From assembly GCA_044866005.1 (NCBI GenBank), contig JBIOTN010000025.1, forward strand, positions 1 through 28,084: 28,084 nucleotides of DNA. The letters run 5' to 3'. Positions 25,599-28,084 of this stretch are shown here, one piece after another. Below the pieces are notes generated by a model. The model ran no database searches, was not told where the DNA came from, and saw only the letters and a program-made list of their open reading frames with translations. Source of the stretch: Candidatus Rokuibacteriota bacterium. Its GTDB lineage: Bacteria; Methylomirabilota; Methylomirabilia; Rokubacteriales; DASRDR01. The translations under genes and the position numbers were made by a program. Each line of letters begins with the position of its first letter. The stretch's first letter is position 1.

Positions 25599-26354
25599 TC
25601 ACGCCGCCGCCTTGGGCGGGCGCCGGCCGAAGATCCGCGCGGCGATGATTCCGGCCTCGTACAGCAGGCAGAGCGGTCCGGCCATCAGGAGCTGATTGAA
25701 CGCGTCCGGGGTCGGCGTCAGCATGGCCGCGACGACGAAGTTGAGGAGGACGGCGTACTTCCGGTTGCGGGACAGGAACTCCGGCGTCACCAGGCCGAGC
25801 CGCGAGCCGAGCGTGAGGGCGAGGGGCAGCTCGAAGACGAGCCCGAAGGCGATCGTGAACTTCAGGACGAAGTCCACGTAGCGGTTCACCGAGATGGTCG
25901 CGACGAGGTTCTCCGTCTTGTACGAGACGAGGAAGGTCACGGCGAACGGAACGATCACGGTCAGCGCGAACGTCGCGCCCAGCGCGAAGAACAGCGTCGA
26001 GAGGATCACGAACGGCAGGGCGAACCTGCGCTCGCGCGGGAGGAGCCCCGGCGCGACGAAGGCCCACACCTCGTAGAGGAGCACGGGCAGGACCAGGAAC
26101 CCCCCGGACACGAGCGCGACCTTCATGTTCACCCAGAAGGGCTCCGTCGGCTCGAGGAAGGCGAGCTTGACGGGGAGGGGACGCGCCAGCCAGTTGATGA
26201 TGCGGTCCGAGTAGCTGAACGTGGCGGCGAAGCCGACCCCCAGGGCGACGAGGCTGACGATGATCCGCTGCCGCAGCTCGCCCAGGTGGGCGAGGAACGG
26301 CATCTTGCCGTCGGTCGCGTCCTGGGCGCTGTCGGCCGCGTCGTCGGCCATCAC
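25599..26354 (-). CDS. tatC: Sec-independent protein translocase TatC
   Basis: MPFLAHLGELRQR, WAFVAPGL..RE, FGLVFELP, RKYA, LTPTPD, LLYE; start 26354 or 26351. Confidence 0.97.
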   Translation of the reverse strand: MMADDAADSAQDATDGKMPFLAHLGELRQRIIVSLVALGVGFAATFSYSDRIINWLARPLPVKLAFLEPTEPFWVNMKVALVSGGFLVLPVLLYEVWAFVAPGLLPRERRFALPFVILSTLFFALGATFALTVIVPFAVTFLVSYKTENLVATISVNRYVDFVLKFTIAFGLVFELPLALTLGSRLGLVTPEFLSRNRKYAVLLNFVVAAMLTPTPDAFNQLLMAGPLCLLYEAGIIAARIFGRRPPKAAA

Positions 26355-27163
26355 CAGGCGTCGACGAAGTGGCGGAGCGTGCCGACGCCCCGGCCGAGCG
26401 CGAACCCGGCCCGGATGGCGGCCGTGACGTAGCGCTTCGCTTCCGCGACGGCCTCGGGCACCGTGGCCCCCCGCGCCAGCATGGCCGCGATCGCCGCCGA
26501 ATAGGTGCAGCCGGTCCCGTGCGTGTGCGGCGTCGGGATGCGCTCGGCGCGATAGCGGCTCAGGCGCCGGCCGTCGAAGAGCACGTCGACCGGCTCGTCC
26601 TTGAGGTGCCCGCCCTTGACCAGGACCCAGGCAGGGCCGAGGGCGTGGATCCGTCGCGCCGCCGCCTCCATCTCCTCGAGGCTCCCCACCGGCAGCTCGG
26701 CGAGTGCCGCCGCCTCGTGGAGGTTCGGGGTCACGATCAGGGCCAGCGGCAGGATCGCCTCGACGAGCGCCCGGCGGGCGTCCGGCTCGAGGAGCGGATC
26801 GCCCGACTTGGCGACCATGACCGGATCGACCACCAGCCGCTCGAGCCGATGCGCCCGGACGCGCTCGGCGACCGTCCGGATGATCGGCGCGGTCGAGAGC
26901 ATGCCCGTCTTCGCCGCCTCGGCCCCGATGTCGCCGAGGACAGCGTCGAGCTGGCTGGCCACGAACGCGGGCGGCAGGTTGTGGACCCCGTGGACGCCCA
27001 CGGAGTTCTGCGCCGTGATCGCCGTGAGGACCGAGGCCCCGTAGACGTGGAAGGCGCTGAACGTCTTGAGGTCCGCCTGGATCCCCGCGCCGCCGCCGGA
27101 GTCGGACCCGGCGATGGTGAGCGCGCGGGGCACGCCGGGTTGCGCGTGCTGGTGCTGGTCCAT
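26351..27163 (-). CDS. thiD: Hydroxymethylpyrimidine/phosphomethylpyrimidine kinase
   Basis: [47 protein letters not shown]. Confidence 0.97.
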   Translation of the reverse strand: MDQHQHAQPGVPRALTIAGSDSGGGAGIQADLKTFSAFHVYGASVLTAITAQNSVGVHGVHNLPPAFVASQLDAVLGDIGAEAAKTGMLSTAPIIRTVAERVRAHRLERLVVDPVMVAKSGDPLLEPDARRALVEAILPLALIVTPNLHEAAALAELPVGSLEEMEAAARRIHALGPAWVLVKGGHLKDEPVDVLFDGRRLSRYRAERIPTPHTHGTGCTYSAAIAAMLARGATVPEAVAEAKRYVTAAIRAGFALGRGVGTLRHFVDAW

Positions 27164-27251
27164 GGACTCTGCTCCTGAGTGGCTCCGGCGGCGGCCCTCG
27201 GTGCCGGAGCCGGTGTCGGGGCGGGAGGGCGAAGAGCGCCGCAGCCGCTCC

Positions 27252-27260
27252 AGTATATCA
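27252..27260 (-). promoter_or_regulatory. Extended -10 upstream of thiD, overlapping the rsmI stop
   Basis: TGaTATACT. Confidence 0.5.
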
Positions 27261-27956
27261 GGTCGATTCCTCCGTCGCCGGCCGGCCCGCGTTCACGATG
27301 AGGGTCACCTCGCCCCGCACCGCCCCACCGGCGGCGAGGCTCGCCCGGAGCTCCGCCGGGGTGCCGCGCCGGAACTCTTCGAATTGCTTCGTCACCTCCC
27401 GGGCGAGGACCACCTCGACCGGCCCGAAGACCTCCTCCACCACCTCGAGGGTCTCCACGACGCGGCGCGGGCTCTCGTAGAGCACCACCGGCCGCTCCAG
27501 CGCCTGGAGGGCGCGGAGCCGCGACAGCCGACGGCCGCGCCGCGCGGGCAGGAACCCCTCGAAGACGAACCGGTCCGCGGGCACGCCGGCGGCCGAGAGC
27601 GCGGCGACGACGGCCGACGGCCCGGGGATCGGCACGACGGCCACGCCGGCCTCCCGGGCCAGGCGGACGATGTGGAACCCGGGATCGGAGACCCCGGGCG
27701 TGCCGGCATCGGTCACGAGGGCGACGGACGCGCCCGCCCGGAGGCGCGCGACCAGCTCGGGCCCGCGCCGGAGCTTGTTCTGCTCGAAGTAGCTGGTGGT
27801 GGGGGTCGGGATCCCGTACTTCGCCAGGAGGGCGCGGGTCCGTCGGGTGTCTTCGGCCGCGATCAGGTCGACCTCGCGGAGGATCCTCAGCGCCCGGAGC
27901 GAGATGTCTTCCAGGTTCCCGATCGGCGTCGCCACGACGTAGAGCGTCCCGCTCAT
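27258..27956 (-). CDS. rsmI: 16S rRNA (cytidine1402-2'-O)-methyltransferase
   Basis: [57 protein letters not shown]. Confidence 0.97.
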   Translation of the reverse strand: MSGTLYVVATPIGNLEDISLRALRILREVDLIAAEDTRRTRALLAKYGIPTPTTSYFEQNKLRRGPELVARLRAGASVALVTDAGTPGVSDPGFHIVRLAREAGVAVVPIPGPSAVVAALSAAGVPADRFVFEGFLPARRGRRLSRLRALQALERPVVLYESPRRVVETLEVVEEVFGPVEVVLAREVTKQFEEFRRGTPAELRASLAAGGAVRGEVTLIVNAGRPATEEST

Positions 27957-28084
27957 CAGCCGAAGGGGGGAATCGGCGGTGTTTGCGACACGACGGCGAC
28001 ACTCATGGTCATCGCGCCTGGGGAGGCAGGCCCGATCACTTCGATCCTGGGGGGAGCAGGCCCCGACCCGGTCGGCGAAGGCCG

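Noticed and set aside
27164..27257. TPP riboswitch before thiD
   Set aside because: Only a GGCTCCGGC/GCCGGAGCC hairpin; the CTGAGA and ACCTGA core motifs are absent.
27956..28084. C-terminus of an upstream gene coupled to rsmI (TGATG)
   Set aside because: Open to the window edge but with no recognisable motif; cannot be supported.
1..28084. CRISPR array, transposase, integrase or defence genes
   Set aside because: No regularly spaced repeats or such protein motifs were seen.

Overview
A very GC-rich bacterial chromosomal segment. The GC content and intergenic repeat style resemble Ca. Rokubacteria, but that taxonomy is inference only. From left to right: rpmA-rplU; a TVP38/VTT membrane protein; an ECF sigma factor preceded by three stop/start-coupled uORFs; a YXWGXW-repeat exported protein; an 11-subunit complex I-like operon on the minus strand (nuoA-B-C-[NIPSNAP]-D-H-I-J-K-L-M-N, no nuoEFG); a Tat-signal amidohydrolase; two small exported proteins with ECF-type and sigma54-type promoter motifs; a six-gene cassette (formyltransferase, ChbG/HpnK-type deacetylase, SGNH protein, MBOAT ending in FVYQGF, ACP, fatty acyl-AMP ligase) with Dlt/AlgI-like architecture next to the tRNA-Ala 3' end; tRNA-Ala(GGC), a small exported Cys peptide and tRNA-Leu(CAA); then rhlB, tatC, thiD and rsmI. 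The best candidates for undescribed biology are the deacetylate/formylate/acylate cassette, the NIPSNAP gene inside the headless complex I operon, and short 'bridge' ORFs that join genes by stop/start overlaps, two of which share a GPIPVASxRP motif.
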